From an uncultured Gemmatimonadales bacterium (GTDB taxonomy: Bacteria > Gemmatimonadota > Gemmatimonadetes > Longimicrobiales > RSA9), in contig OY970192.1 in NCBI GenBank assembly GCA_963708135.1, positions 3,936,001 to 4,000,000 on the forward strand: 64,000 bases of DNA. Reading direction: 5' to 3'. Position 1 is the first letter of the stretch. Each line of letters opens with the position of its first letter. Shown here in pieces: positions 31,656 to 41,433 of this stretch. A program made the position numbers and the translations under genes. Below the pieces are notes generated by a model. That model was not told the origin of the DNA. It made no database searches and saw only the letters and a list, made by a program, of their open reading frames with translations.

Positions 31656-33199
31656 CCGACCCGGCACAGGATGGAATCAGCGTCGAGAAGCTGCCGACCG
31701 GCATCTCCAGCTTCGACATGATCGCCGAGGGCGGGCTCCCGAAGCGCCGCACGACCCTCGTCTCGGGCACTGCCGGGAGCGGCAAGACGGTCTTCGCCAT
31801 GCAGTTCCTCGCCGCCGGCATCAACGCTGCCGGCGAGGCCGGCGTGTTCGTGACCTTCGAGGAGTCGCCCGACGACATCCGCAAGAACGTCCGCGGCTTC
31901 GGCTGGGACGTCCAGGCGTGGGAGGAGCGGGGCCTCTTCGCCTTCGTCGACGCCTCCCCCTCGCCCGAGACCGAGGTGATCCAGACCGGCGGCTACGATC
32001 TAGGCGGACTCCTCGCCCGCGTCGAGCACGCCGTCCACCGCGTAGGCGCCAGCCGCGTATCCGTCAACTCGCTGGGCGCCGTCTTCTCCCAGTTCTCCGA
32101 CCAGTCGATCATCCGCAGCGAGCTGTTCCGCTTCGCCTCCGCGCTCAAGCGTATGGGCGTCACCGCCATCATGACCGCCGAGCGGACCGCCGACTACGGC
32201 GGCATCGCGCGCTTCGGCATCGAGGAGTTCATCGCCGACAACGTCATGGTCCTGCGCAACGTGCTGGAGGACGAGAAGCGCCGCCGCACCATCGAGATCC
32301 TCAAGTTCCGCGGCACCAACCACCAGAAGGGCGAGTTCCCCTTCACCATCACCAGCCGGCAGGGCGTCGTCGTCATCCCGCTCTCGGCCATCCAGCTCCG
32401 GCAGAAGTCCTCCAACATCCGCATCTCTTCCGGCAGCCCCGAGCTGGATGAGATGTGCGGCGGCGGCTTCTTCCGCGATTCCGTGATCCTCCTCTCCGGT
32501 GCCACCGGCACGGGCAAGACGCTCACCGTCACGCAGTTCCTCCAGGGCGGCGCCTCGCAGGGCGAGCGCTGCCTCCTGCTCGCCTTCGAGGAGAGCCGCG
32601 AGCAGCTGATCCGCAACGCCAGTGGCTGGGGCTTCGACTTCGAGAAGATGGAAGACGAGGGGCTGCTCCGCGTCGTCTGCGACTACCCCGAGGTCGCCGG
32701 CCTCGAGGACTGGCTGATCGAGATCAAGGCCATCGTCCAGAGCTTCCGCCCCGCCCGCATCGCCCTCGACAGCCTCTCCGCCCTCGAGCGAATGGGCACG
32801 CCAAAGGCGTTCCGCGAGTTCGTCATCGGCCTCACCTCCTTCATCAAGCACGAGGAGATCACCGGCCTCTTCACCTCCACTTCCGCCGCACTCATGGGCG
32901 GCACATCGATCACTGACGGCCACATCTCCACCCTCACCGACTCGATCGTCCTGCTCCGCTATGTCGAGATGTACGGCGAGATGAAGCGCGGCATCACGGT
33001 GCTGAAGATGCGCGGCTCGATCCACGACAAGGACATCCGCGAGTTCACGATCGACGGCGAGGGCATGCACATCGGCCGCCCCTTCCGCCACGTCACCGGC
33101 ATCCTTGCCGGCTCACCCGTGCACCTCTCCCCCACCGACCTCGAGCGCGTCTGGACCCAGTTCGACTCTGACCTCGAGCGCCTCCCGCCACGCGCCTGA
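31652..33199 (+). CDS. kaiC: circadian clock kinase KaiC homolog (CI plus CII)
   Basis: GTAGSGKT and GATGTGKT P-loops, EES pairs, HISTLTD phosphosite, KMRGS. Confidence 0.96.
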   Translation: MTDPAQDGISVEKLPTGISSFDMIAEGGLPKRRTTLVSGTAGSGKTVFAMQFLAAGINAAGEAGVFVTFEESPDDIRKNVRGFGWDVQAWEERGLFAFVDASPSPETEVIQTGGYDLGGLLARVEHAVHRVGASRVSVNSLGAVFSQFSDQSIIRSELFRFASALKRMGVTAIMTAERTADYGGIARFGIEEFIADNVMVLRNVLEDEKRRRTIEILKFRGTNHQKGEFPFTITSRQGVVVIPLSAIQLRQKSSNIRISSGSPELDEMCGGGFFRDSVILLSGATGTGKTLTVTQFLQGGASQGERCLLLAFEESREQLIRNASGWGFDFEKMEDEGLLRVVCDYPEVAGLEDWLIEIKAIVQSFRPARIALDSLSALERMGTPKAFREFVIGLTSFIKHEEITGLFTSTSAALMGGTSITDGHISTLTDSIVLLRYVEMYGEMKRGITVLKMRGSIHDKDIREFTIDGEGMHIGRPFRHVTGILAGSPVHLSPTDLERVWTQFDSDLERLPPRA

Positions 33200-33227
33200 G
33201 CCGCACGGCGCAACCGCTGATCCCACA

Positions 33228-33241
33228 GGCACATGCCATGC
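33228..33241 (+). promoter_or_regulatory. candidate sigma-54 promoter
   Basis: AGG-CACATGCCAT-GCA upstream of the kinase. Confidence 0.55.
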
Positions 33242-33310
33242 AGAAGGGAATGGCTGTCCGAGCCGTCGAACCGCTGTATTCCACGCAGGCGAAGGGACCG
33301 GACGGACCAG

Positions 33311-35470
33311 ATGAGAGAAGGCGCTGCGGCGCACCGGGTGTTGATCCTCGGCCCCGGCGACGCCGCCCGGAAGATCGAGCGAAGATTGCGCCACGCGACC
33401 TCGTCGAGCACCGAGATCACCAGCGTCGCGGCGGTGTCGGATGCGCTCGACCACCTCCGGCGCACCGGCGCCGAGCTCGCCCTGGTTCACCTCTCCGCCG
33501 CCCGCGATGGCGGCGACGTCGTCGCCGCGCTCCACGACGTGGATCCCGACCTCCCCGTGATTGCTCTCGGCCGGCGCGCCGAGGAGCAACGCCTGCGCCG
33601 CATCACTCGCGACGGTGCGGCCGAGTTCCTGCTCGATGAGGAGCTCGATGGCGACGGCGCCGCGCGCACCCTCGGCGGCGCCCTCGAGCGCTGCCGGCTG
33701 CGCCGGATCATCCAGGAGCAGGAGGCCGCCCTCGCCGTGGCCGAGGCCCGCTTCCACGCCATCATCGAGCGGACCGCCGATGGGATCGTGATCGTCGACG
33801 GCAACGGGATCACGCGTTTCGTCAACGCCGCCGCCGAGGCCCTGTTCGGGCGTGCCGCCGCGGAGGTCCTGGGCCACGATTTCGGCTTCCCCATCGTCGC
33901 CGGTGCCACGACGGAGATCGACCTCGTCCGCCGCGGCGGCGGCACCACCGTGGCCGAGCTACGCGTGGTCGAGACCACCTGGGAGGGGCAGTCCGCCGCG
34001 CTCGTCTCGCTCCGCGACATCACCGACCGCCGCCACGCCGAGGAGCGCGCCCGCCGCCTCGCCACCGAGCGTGCCGCCCGCGCCGCCGCGGAGGCGGCAG
34101 AGCGCCGCGCGCGCTTCCTGTCCGAGGCGAGCAGCGCGCTGGCCAACTCCCTCGACTACGATGCCACCCTGGGCACGCTCGTCCGACTCGGCGTGCCGTT
34201 CCTGGGGGACTGGTGCGTCATCGACGTGCTCGAGGGCGGCGGGCTGCGCAGGGTGGCGAGCGCGCACGTGGACGCCGCGGGCGAGAGTGTGCTGCAGAAG
34301 CTGGAGTCGGCGCCCCGACTCGGAGCGGACGACAACGACACCCCCGTCGCGCAAGCGATCCGCACCGGCGAGCCCGTCCTCATCCCCGAGGTCTCGACCG
34401 AATGGCTGCTCGGGCTGGCAAAGACCGACGCGCAGCGGGACGCGCTAGAGCGCCTCGCGCCGGGCTCGCTCCTCGTCGTCCCTCTGGTCGCCCGCGAGCG
34501 GCTGCTCGGCGCCCTGACGCTCGCCACCGGCGGCAGCCGGCGTCTCGGCCAGGCCGACCTCGAGCTGGCCCGCGAGCTCGCCCGCCGCGCCGCGCTCTCC
34601 GTGGACAACGCGCGCCTCTACCGCGAGGCCCAGGCCGCGAACCAGGCCAAGGCCGACTTCCTCGCCGTCATGTCCCACGAGCTCCGCACCCCGCTCAACG
34701 CCATCCTCGGATATGGCGACCTGATGCTCATGGGCATCCCGGACACGCTGCCCTCGCCCCTGAAGCGCCACGTCGAGCGCATCGGCCTCGCCGCCAACCA
34801 CCTGCTCCAGGTCATCGACGAGATCCTCAGCTTCGCCCGGATGGAGGCGGGCCGCGAGGAGGTGCGCTTCCAGCCCGTCCCGCTCGCCCGCGTCCTCGAG
34901 GCGGTCGTCGCCGTGATCGAGCCCCTCGCCATGGACAAGGCGCTCGACTTCGAGGTACGCCTCCCCGACCGCGGCGTCGAGATCGAGACCGACACCTCCA
35001 AGCTGCGGCAGATCCTGCTCAACCTGCTGTCGAACGCGGTGAAGTTCACGGGCGCGGGACGTGTCTCGCTGCACGCTCGCGTGAAGGGGGACCACCTGGA
35101 GATGGAGGTGGCCGACACCGGGATCGGCATCCCGGCCGAACATCACCAGAGGGTCTTCGAGCCTTTCTGGCAGGTCGAGCACGCCGCCACCCGGCGGGCC
35201 GGAGGCACGGGCCTGGGGCTGACCGTGTGTCGTCGCCTGTCCAGGTTGCTCGGTGGTGAGCTCACGCTCGAGAGCCGCGAGGGCGCCGGCTCGATGTTCC
35301 TGCTGCGCCTGCCGCTCCGCTCCTCCCGACACGCGGACACGGCGGCGGAGGCCGCTCCCGATCCGGCCCCCGGCTTCCGCTCCCGCTCCGACCGGCCCTG
35401 GCCGCTGCGCGCCGCCGCCCGCCCCCCCGTCGCGACGCAGGCGCCGGAGGAGCCGCCGGCGCCTGCCTAG
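33311..35470 (+). CDS. pseudo-receiver/PAS/GAF sensor histidine kinase
   Basis: Degenerate REC, PAS (DGIVIVD...VNAAAE), GAF, MSHELRTPL, NAVKFT, GGTGLGL. Confidence 0.92.
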   Translation: MREGAAAHRVLILGPGDAARKIERRLRHATSSSTEITSVAAVSDALDHLRRTGAELALVHLSAARDGGDVVAALHDVDPDLPVIALGRRAEEQRLRRITRDGAAEFLLDEELDGDGAARTLGGALERCRLRRIIQEQEAALAVAEARFHAIIERTADGIVIVDGNGITRFVNAAAEALFGRAAAEVLGHDFGFPIVAGATTEIDLVRRGGGTTVAELRVVETTWEGQSAALVSLRDITDRRHAEERARRLATERAARAAAEAAERRARFLSEASSALANSLDYDATLGTLVRLGVPFLGDWCVIDVLEGGGLRRVASAHVDAAGESVLQKLESAPRLGADDNDTPVAQAIRTGEPVLIPEVSTEWLLGLAKTDAQRDALERLAPGSLLVVPLVARERLLGALTLATGGSRRLGQADLELARELARRAALSVDNARLYREAQAANQAKADFLAVMSHELRTPLNAILGYGDLMLMGIPDTLPSPLKRHVERIGLAANHLLQVIDEILSFARMEAGREEVRFQPVPLARVLEAVVAVIEPLAMDKALDFEVRLPDRGVEIETDTSKLRQILLNLLSNAVKFTGAGRVSLHARVKGDHLEMEVADTGIGIPAEHHQRVFEPFWQVEHAATRRAGGTGLGLTVCRRLSRLLGGELTLESREGAGSMFLLRLPLRSSRHADTAAEAAPDPAPGFRSRSDRPWPLRAAARPPVATQAPEEPPAPA

Positions 35471-35477
35471 GCTAAGG

Positions 35478-35768
35478 CTAGAACACCTTGCCGCCCACGT
35501 CCTCGGGCTCGTACGGCAGCAGCGTCATGTAGTACTGCACGTCCAGATCGAGCCGCGATGTGCGCAGCTGGTCCGTCGACGCGTGCACCAGGTTCTCCAG
35601 CCCGTGGGGGTGCACCGAGATCTTCACGGTGCCGTCGCCGCCCCGCAGCATGATGGAGTGGCGGTCCTCCGCCACCTTCTCGAGCGGGAGCCGGCCCGTG
35701 AGCACCGTCTCCGCCTTGCGCAGCGCCTCCGCGATCCCGGCGGCGGTCCTCCGTTCGTAGCTCGCCAT
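35478..35768 (-). CDS. hypothetical protein (96 aa)
   Basis: GAGG RBS; protein-like MASYERR...PYEPED. Confidence 0.65.
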   Translation of the reverse strand: MASYERRTAAGIAEALRKAETVLTGRLPLEKVAEDRHSIMLRGGDGTVKISVHPHGLENLVHASTDQLRTSRLDLDVQYYMTLLPYEPEDVGGKVF

Positions 35769-35803
35769 TCCTCGTCCTCGTCCGGCGCGGCCCCGGGAGC
35801 GCT

Positions 35804-36397
35804 TCACGCCCCTCCACCACGCTCCGATCCCAGCACCCAGGCGCGCAGCACGCCGTACGGCTGCAGCCCCACGAGCGCCTCGTCATCCACCAGGAAGGTC
35901 GGCACACCGCCGATCTCCCGCTCCAGCGCCTCCCGCTCCTCTTCCACAACCCGCTCGGCCCACCGGTCCACGCCGAGCCCCACCCCGAGCTCCTCCCGGT
36001 CCAGCCCCGCCTCCACCCCGATCTCCACCAGCACGTCGATCCGGCCAATGTCGCGGCCCTCCGCGAAGAACGCCCTGAACAGCGCGTCGTGCACCGGCTG
36101 GAAGCGGCCGTGCTCCGCTGCGAGCTTCGCCATCTCGTGCGCCTTCCTGGAGCGCGGCTGGACCTCCGGCTGCCGCATCCCCACGCCGAGCGCGGCCGCC
36201 AGCGGCAGGATCGTGTCGCGCCAGTGCCGCGCCAGCCACGGCGCGGCTGGATCGGGAAGCGGTACCGGCGCCGGCCTGAGCTCGTACGCCCGGTACTCCG
36301 TCTCCACCTCACCCTCCGCCCTCAGCCGCGTCAGCGCGGCCTCCGCCAGGCAGCTGAACGGGCACACGTAGTCGCTGTAGACCACCAGGCGCCGCAT
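35804..36397 (-). CDS. DsbA/FrnE-family oxidoreductase
   Basis: YSDYVCPFS, AHE, GVPTF, GLQP. Confidence 0.88.
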   Translation of the reverse strand: MRRLVVYSDYVCPFSCLAEAALTRLRAEGEVETEYRAYELRPAPVPLPDPAAPWLARHWRDTILPLAAALGVGMRQPEVQPRSRKAHEMAKLAAEHGRFQPVHDALFRAFFAEGRDIGRIDVLVEIGVEAGLDREELGVGLGVDRWAERVVEEEREALEREIGGVPTFLVDDEALVGLQPYGVLRAWVLGSERGGGA

Positions 36398-36532
36398 CTT
36401 TGAAATCTGGCCGCCCGCCCGGGCGCCGGCAACCCGATCCGCTTGCCCGCTCCACCGCGCGCGCCGATATTCCGCCCCTGGACCCGCGGCCGAGGCCGCC
36501 GTCGCGCCGATCCCCGCATCCCCCCGAGTCCA

Positions 36533-37747
36533 ATGCATCTCAGCCAGAACGTCCGCGAACTCCAGCCCTCCGCCACGCTCACGATCTCGAACCTCGCGCG
36601 CGAGCTGCGCGCCCGCGGCCGCGACATCGTGGACCTCAGCGCCGGCGAGCCCGATCTGCCCACGCCCCGCTTCGTCCGCAACGCCGGCATCGAGGCGATC
36701 GAGCAGGGGCACACCCGCTATACCGCCGTGGCGGGAGTGCCGGCGCTTCGCGAGGCGATCGCCCTTTCGCTCTCCCGCCGCTCCCGCGCCAGGATCGATC
36801 CCGCCGGCATCGTCGTGAGCACCGGTGCCAAGCAGGCCCTCTTCAACGCCTGCTTCTCGCTCTTCGGGCCCGGAGACCGCGTGCTGCTCCCGGCTCCATA
36901 CTGGACGAGCTACCCGGCGTTGATCGGCCTCTCGCGTGCCGAGCCCGTGATCGTTCCAGGCGACGAGGCTCGCTCGTTCCGCGTCTCCACCAACGACCTC
37001 GACGCCGCCTACACCCCCGCGGTCCGCGGCCTCATCCTCAACTCGCCCGCGAACCCCACCGGCGCCGTGTACTCCCAGGACGAGATCCGCGCCATCGTGG
37101 CCTGGGCCGCCGAGCACGACGTCTGGGTGCTGAGCGATGAGATCTACGGCCCCCTCTGCTACACCGGCCCGCGCGCGCCCGGCGTGCTCGACCTCGAGCC
37201 CGGCCTGCTCTCCCGCGTCGTCCTCATCGACGGCGCCTCCAAGGCCTTCGCCATGACCGGCTGGCGCATCGGCTTCTCCTATTGCGCGCCCGAGCTCGCC
37301 GCCCGCTTCGCCGCGCTCCAGAGCCATGTGACTTCCAACCCCGCCTCGCCCTCCCAGTACGCCGCCCTTGCCGCCTTTTCGGCCGATGGCCGTCGCGCCG
37401 ACGCCATCGATGAGATCACCGACGCGTTCCGGCGCCGCCGCGAGCTCGTCATCCGCCTCCTCGACGAGAACCTGCCCGACATCCCCTATGTACGCCCCGA
37501 TGGCGCGTTCTACGCCTTCCTGCGCATCGACGGCTTCTTCGATGAGCGCGCCGCCAGCTCCACCGCTCTCTGCGAGCGGCTCATCGAGGAAGCCGGTGTC
37601 GTCCTGATCCCCGGCGCCGCCTTCGGAGAGGACCGGTATGCCCGGCTCTCCTTCGCGGTCTCCGACGAGACGCTCCGCGAGGGCGTCAGCCGCCTCGCCC
37701 GTGCCCTCGCGGGTGCCGGCTCGCCGTCCGGCGCCGCCTCCGCCTGA
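36533..37747 (+). CDS. class I PLP-dependent (aspartate) aminotransferase
   Basis: GEPD, GAKQAL, NSPANPTG, SDEIY, SKAFAMTGWRIG. Confidence 0.94.
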   Translation: MHLSQNVRELQPSATLTISNLARELRARGRDIVDLSAGEPDLPTPRFVRNAGIEAIEQGHTRYTAVAGVPALREAIALSLSRRSRARIDPAGIVVSTGAKQALFNACFSLFGPGDRVLLPAPYWTSYPALIGLSRAEPVIVPGDEARSFRVSTNDLDAAYTPAVRGLILNSPANPTGAVYSQDEIRAIVAWAAEHDVWVLSDEIYGPLCYTGPRAPGVLDLEPGLLSRVVLIDGASKAFAMTGWRIGFSYCAPELAARFAALQSHVTSNPASPSQYAALAAFSADGRRADAIDEITDAFRRRRELVIRLLDENLPDIPYVRPDGAFYAFLRIDGFFDERAASSTALCERLIEEAGVVLIPGAAFGEDRYARLSFAVSDETLREGVSRLARALAGAGSPSGAASA

Positions 37748-37758
37748 GCGCCCACACC

Positions 37759-38448
37759 ATGGCCGGAGCCTCGCCCGATCCCGCCGCCCTCGGCGCCTAC
37801 ACCGAGCGCCTCTTCGCCCACGAGGACGCGCTCCTCCTCGAGCTCCGCGCCGAGATGGAGCGGCGCGGCTTCCCGCCCATCCAGGTCTCCGCCGAGGAGG
37901 GGCGCCTGCTCCAGCTCCTGCTGACCACCGTCGGCGCCACCCGCGTCCTCGAGATCGGCACCCTCGGCGGCTACAGCGCGCTGTGGATGGCCCGCGCGCT
38001 TCCCGAGGATGGGCGCCTCGTGACCCTCGAGATCGAGCCGGAGCACGCCGCCCTCGCCCGCGAGTTCGCCGACCGCGCCGGGCTGGCCGACCGCATCGAC
38101 GTCCGCCTCGGCCCGGCCGCCGATTCCCTCGCCGCGCTCGAGGCCGCGGGCGCCGGCTTCGACGCGTGCTTCATCGATGCCGACAAGGAGCCGTACCCGG
38201 ACTACCTGGCCGCCGTCCGCCGCATGGTCCGCGTCGGTGGGCTGATCATGGGGGACAACGCGTTCCGCGATGGGGATGTGCTGGAGCAGGAGCGTGACGC
38301 CGGCGCCGAGGGGGTACACCGCTTCAACGAGGCGCTCGCCGCGGACCCGGGCCTGCTGTCCACCATCATCCCCGTCCGCGATGGCCTGGCCGTGGCGGTC
38401 GTGCTTCAGCCCACCCGCGCCACCGCCGCCCGCGCGCCGGCCACGTAG
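37759..38448 (+). CDS. class I SAM O-methyltransferase (caffeoyl-CoA OMT-like)
   Basis: LEIGTLGGYS, FIDADK, DN. Confidence 0.92.
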   Translation: MAGASPDPAALGAYTERLFAHEDALLLELRAEMERRGFPPIQVSAEEGRLLQLLLTTVGATRVLEIGTLGGYSALWMARALPEDGRLVTLEIEPEHAALAREFADRAGLADRIDVRLGPAADSLAALEAAGAGFDACFIDADKEPYPDYLAAVRRMVRVGGLIMGDNAFRDGDVLEQERDAGAEGVHRFNEALAADPGLLSTIIPVRDGLAVAVVLQPTRATAARAPAT

Positions 38449-39296
38449 CTTCCGCCGAACAGGTTGACGTGCACCAGCAGGTAGTACAGCTGGTAGACCG
38501 CGCGGCGCGCCTCCACGTACCCGGGCCGGAGCGGCCACGCCTCCCTGTACGCCGCGTGGAACTCCGCCCGAAATCCGCCGAATAGCTCGCTCATCGCCAG
38601 GTCTACCTCGCGGTGACCGTAGTAGATCGAGGGATCCACGAGCGCCGGCGCATCCGTCGTCATGTGGACGTTGCCGCCCCACAGGTCGCCGTGCAGGAGC
38701 GACGGTCCATCCGCGGCGGCTGCCTCCCCGAGCAGCCCGTCCAGCCGGTCGAGCAGCGCGGCGAAAGCGCGCCGGTCCGCGCCCGAGAAGTGCCCGCTCG
38801 CATAGGCCCGGCGCAGCTGCGGCAGCAGCCGCCGCTCGCGCCAGAAGGCCGGCCACCGCGCCATCCAGCCGTTCTCCTGCGGCAGCGAGCCGATGAAGTT
38901 GTCGGCCGGCCAGCCCCACGCCTCCGCCGTCGCGCGGTGCAGCGCCGCGAGACCCGCACCCAGCCGCCGCCAGGCCGCCGCGCCGCCGTCGCCAGGCTCC
39001 ATCCACTCGAGCAGCAGCCACGCGGGAGCCTCCGCCGCGCTGCCCAGCACCTCCGGGACCCGCACCGCACCCGCGGCCGCCAGCGCCTCGAGCGCCTCCG
39101 CCTCCGCCGCGAACATCCGCGAGGCCCCGTCCGCCCACTTCAGGAAGGCGACGTCCCCCGACTCCGACTCCACTCGCGCCGTAGGGCTCACGCACCCCCC
39201 GCCGACCGGCGCGCCGCTCGCGATCCGTACGATCCGGCCGAGGCGGGCCGACCACGCCGCCTCGGCGCCCCCGCGCACGCCGGGCGGAACCCTCAA
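38406..39296 (-). CDS. fructosamine kinase family protein
   Basis: GGGC, NFIGSLPQ, LLHGDLWGGN, GHREVDLAM. Confidence 0.92.
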   Translation of the reverse strand: MRVPPGVRGGAEAAWSARLGRIVRIASGAPVGGGCVSPTARVESESGDVAFLKWADGASRMFAAEAEALEALAAAGAVRVPEVLGSAAEAPAWLLLEWMEPGDGGAAAWRRLGAGLAALHRATAEAWGWPADNFIGSLPQENGWMARWPAFWRERRLLPQLRRAYASGHFSGADRRAFAALLDRLDGLLGEAAAADGPSLLHGDLWGGNVHMTTDAPALVDPSIYYGHREVDLAMSELFGGFRAEFHAAYREAWPLRPGYVEARRAVYQLYYLLVHVNLFGGSYVAGARAAVARVG

Positions 39297-39787
39297 ATCC
39301 CCCGCTCCTTCCGGATGTGCGCGAGCAGCCCCCGGCACGCGCGCTCGATCATCTCGTACACGTCGTCGAAGCCGCCCGGCCCGCCGAAGTACGGGTCCGG
39401 CACTTCCGCCTCGGAGCCGCCCTGCGCGTCGAAGGCGCGCAGCAACTGCACCTCCGCACCCTTCGCCGCCGCCTCGAGCGGCCGGAGCCGCGCCAGGTTC
39501 TCGGCGTCCATCGCCAGCACGTAGTCGAACGTCGCGAGATCCGATGCCGCGACCTGCCTCGCCCGGCTCGTCAGCTCCACCCCCCGCCGTACCGCAACGG
39601 CGCTCGCCCGCTCATCCGGCGGCTCCCCCGTGTGCCAGGACGAGGTCCCCGCGGAGTCAACCTCGAAGCGGTCCGCGAGCCCCGCCCGCCGCACCACCTC
39701 CCGGAATACCCCCTCCGCCATCGGCGACCGGCAGATGTTGCCAAGGCAGACGAAGAGCACCCGGATCCGTCCATCCTCGGTGCCCAT
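39293..39787 (-). CDS. low-molecular-weight protein-tyrosine phosphatase
   Basis: CLGNICRS, DSAGT, VPDPY. Confidence 0.95.
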   Translation of the reverse strand: MGTEDGRIRVLFVCLGNICRSPMAEGVFREVVRRAGLADRFEVDSAGTSSWHTGEPPDERASAVAVRRGVELTSRARQVAASDLATFDYVLAMDAENLARLRPLEAAAKGAEVQLLRAFDAQGGSEAEVPDPYFGGPGGFDDVYEMIERACRGLLAHIRKERGI

Positions 39788-39817
39788 CCTGGCCGGCTCC
39801 TTGCTCAAGCCGCCCCC

Positions 39818-40429
39818 ATGTTCGACTGGATCACCGGCTGGGTCGGCTCGCTCGGCGTCTTCGGCATTGCCCTGCTGATGCTGCTCGAGAACATCATCCT
39901 TTTCCTCCCCTCCGAGCTCATCATGCCGCTCGGTGGCTTCCTGGCCGCGCGCGGCGACTTCAACTTCTGGCTCATGCTCCTCGCGGGCTTCATCGGCTCC
40001 CTGATCGGCTCGCTCCCCTGGTACATCGTCGCACGCTCGATCGGCAGGGAGCGCACCACCGCATGGCTGACCCGCCACGGCCGCTGGCTCGGACTGCGCC
40101 GCCGCGAGATCGACCGCGCCGACCGCTGGTTCGACCGCCACGCCACGGGCGCCGTCTTCCTGGCTCGCGTGACGCCGGGCATCCGCCCCCTGATCGGCCT
40201 CCCCGCCGGCTTCGCCCGCATGCCCTGGCACTCCTTCGTCCTCTTCACCGCTCTCGGCACCGCCCTCTGGGTCGCCGCCCTCGCCTGGGCCGGCCGCCTG
40301 CTCGGCCGCCGCTGGAAGCAGGTCGCCGACACCGCGCGCCCCATCATCTGGATCACCCTCGCCCTCCTCCTCCTCGCCACCCTGATCTGGCTCGCGCGCC
40401 GCGCCCTCCGCCACCACCACACCCCCTGA
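39818..40429 (+). CDS. DedA-family membrane protein
   Basis: LENII...PSELIMP..GF, F.AR..PGIR. Confidence 0.92.
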   Translation: MFDWITGWVGSLGVFGIALLMLLENIILFLPSELIMPLGGFLAARGDFNFWLMLLAGFIGSLIGSLPWYIVARSIGRERTTAWLTRHGRWLGLRRREIDRADRWFDRHATGAVFLARVTPGIRPLIGLPAGFARMPWHSFVLFTALGTALWVAALAWAGRLLGRRWKQVADTARPIIWITLALLLLATLIWLARRALRHHHTP

Positions 40430-40527
40430 CCCCACCCCTCACCCTCACCCTCCCTCACCCCAATCCCAATCCCCACCCTCACCCCCACCCTCACCCTCCC
40501 TCTCCCTCTCCCTCTCCCTCTCCCTCT
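40430..40527. repeat. low-complexity hexamer tract (CCCTCA/CCCAAT/CCCTCT)
   Basis: About 16 degenerate hexamers; partly encodes the EGEGEG tail of the minus-strand ORF. Confidence 0.7.
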
Positions 40528-41327
40528 CGAAGCACCCCCAACGCCCACCTCCCCTCCGCCGTCCCCCCGAACCGCTCCGCCAGCCGATCGAGCTCCGGTC
40601 GGGCCGCCGCCGGCTCGTGCAGCCGCTCGATGCACAGCTCCGCGATGCTCCGCAGCACCATCGCCTCCGTCCCCGGCCCGAGATGCGCTCGCCTGAGCGC
40701 CCGGCGGTACCAGCCTACGGCCTCGCCAAAATTGCCCCGCCTGCGCAGCAGCATCGCCGCCCGCAGGTACGGTTCCGGCTCCGCCGGCCGGCGCTCCGCC
40801 GCCGCCGCGTAGGCGACCAGCGCCGCTTCGGTCTGCCCCCGGCCCGCCAGCGCATCCGCCGCCGAGTAGTCGCTCCGCGCGCGCCCCGCGCCCCCCGAGA
40901 GCAGGAAGCCGACGGCGGCGTCGATCGCGCCGCCACAGAAGATCTCGCCCAACAGAAACGAGTACGCCGCCCACCCCGCCGCCCCGGCCGCCATGCTCGA
41001 CCACGCCTGCGTGTGCGCCGCCGCGGCCGTAAGCGCACCGAACGCCGCGCCTACCGCGGTGTCCCGGACGAGCAGCGTGAGGGTCGAGCCCGCCTGCGCG
41101 CCCCCCGAGAGCAGCCCCCGCACGAGCGGCTCCAGCCGCTCGGCCGAGTGCAGCACCAGCAGGAACGCGCCCCCACCCAGCACCGCGGCCAATGCGCCCG
41201 GGACGTCCCACGCCCCCGCTCCCGCGGCGCCGTACAGCACGCCGGCAAAGAGCGCAATCGGGTACGTGAACGCTCGCCGGCAGCGGCGGTCCGCACCGGC
41301 TCCATCCTGGTCCAGTTGCCCGCTCAC
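40491..41327 (-). CDS. membrane protein with C-terminal TPR-like domain
   Basis: Hydrophobic N-half, then SDYSAADAL...EAALVAY TPR-like helices; start uncertain. Confidence 0.6.
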   Translation of the reverse strand: MSGQLDQDGAGADRRCRRAFTYPIALFAGVLYGAAGAGAWDVPGALAAVLGGGAFLLVLHSAERLEPLVRGLLSGGAQAGSTLTLLVRDTAVGAAFGALTAAAAHTQAWSSMAAGAAGWAAYSFLLGEIFCGGAIDAAVGFLLSGGAGRARSDYSAADALAGRGQTEAALVAYAAAAERRPAEPEPYLRAAMLLRRRGNFGEAVGWYRRALRRAHLGPGTEAMVLRSIAELCIERLHEPAAARPELDRLAERFGGTAEGRWALGVLREGEGEGEGEGG

Positions 41328-41433
41328 GAGGCAGTCCGCTCCTGTCGAGGCGCGTCCGCTTGACGCCCGCCGGGGCGCCGCTCATCCTACCCGCCCACGT
41401 CCCTGGTCCGCCCTGTCCGGAAGGAGCCTCTGC

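Noticed and set aside
40430..40527. Possible CRISPR or functional tandem array
   Set aside because: Simple degenerate hexamers with no unique spacers and no cas genes.
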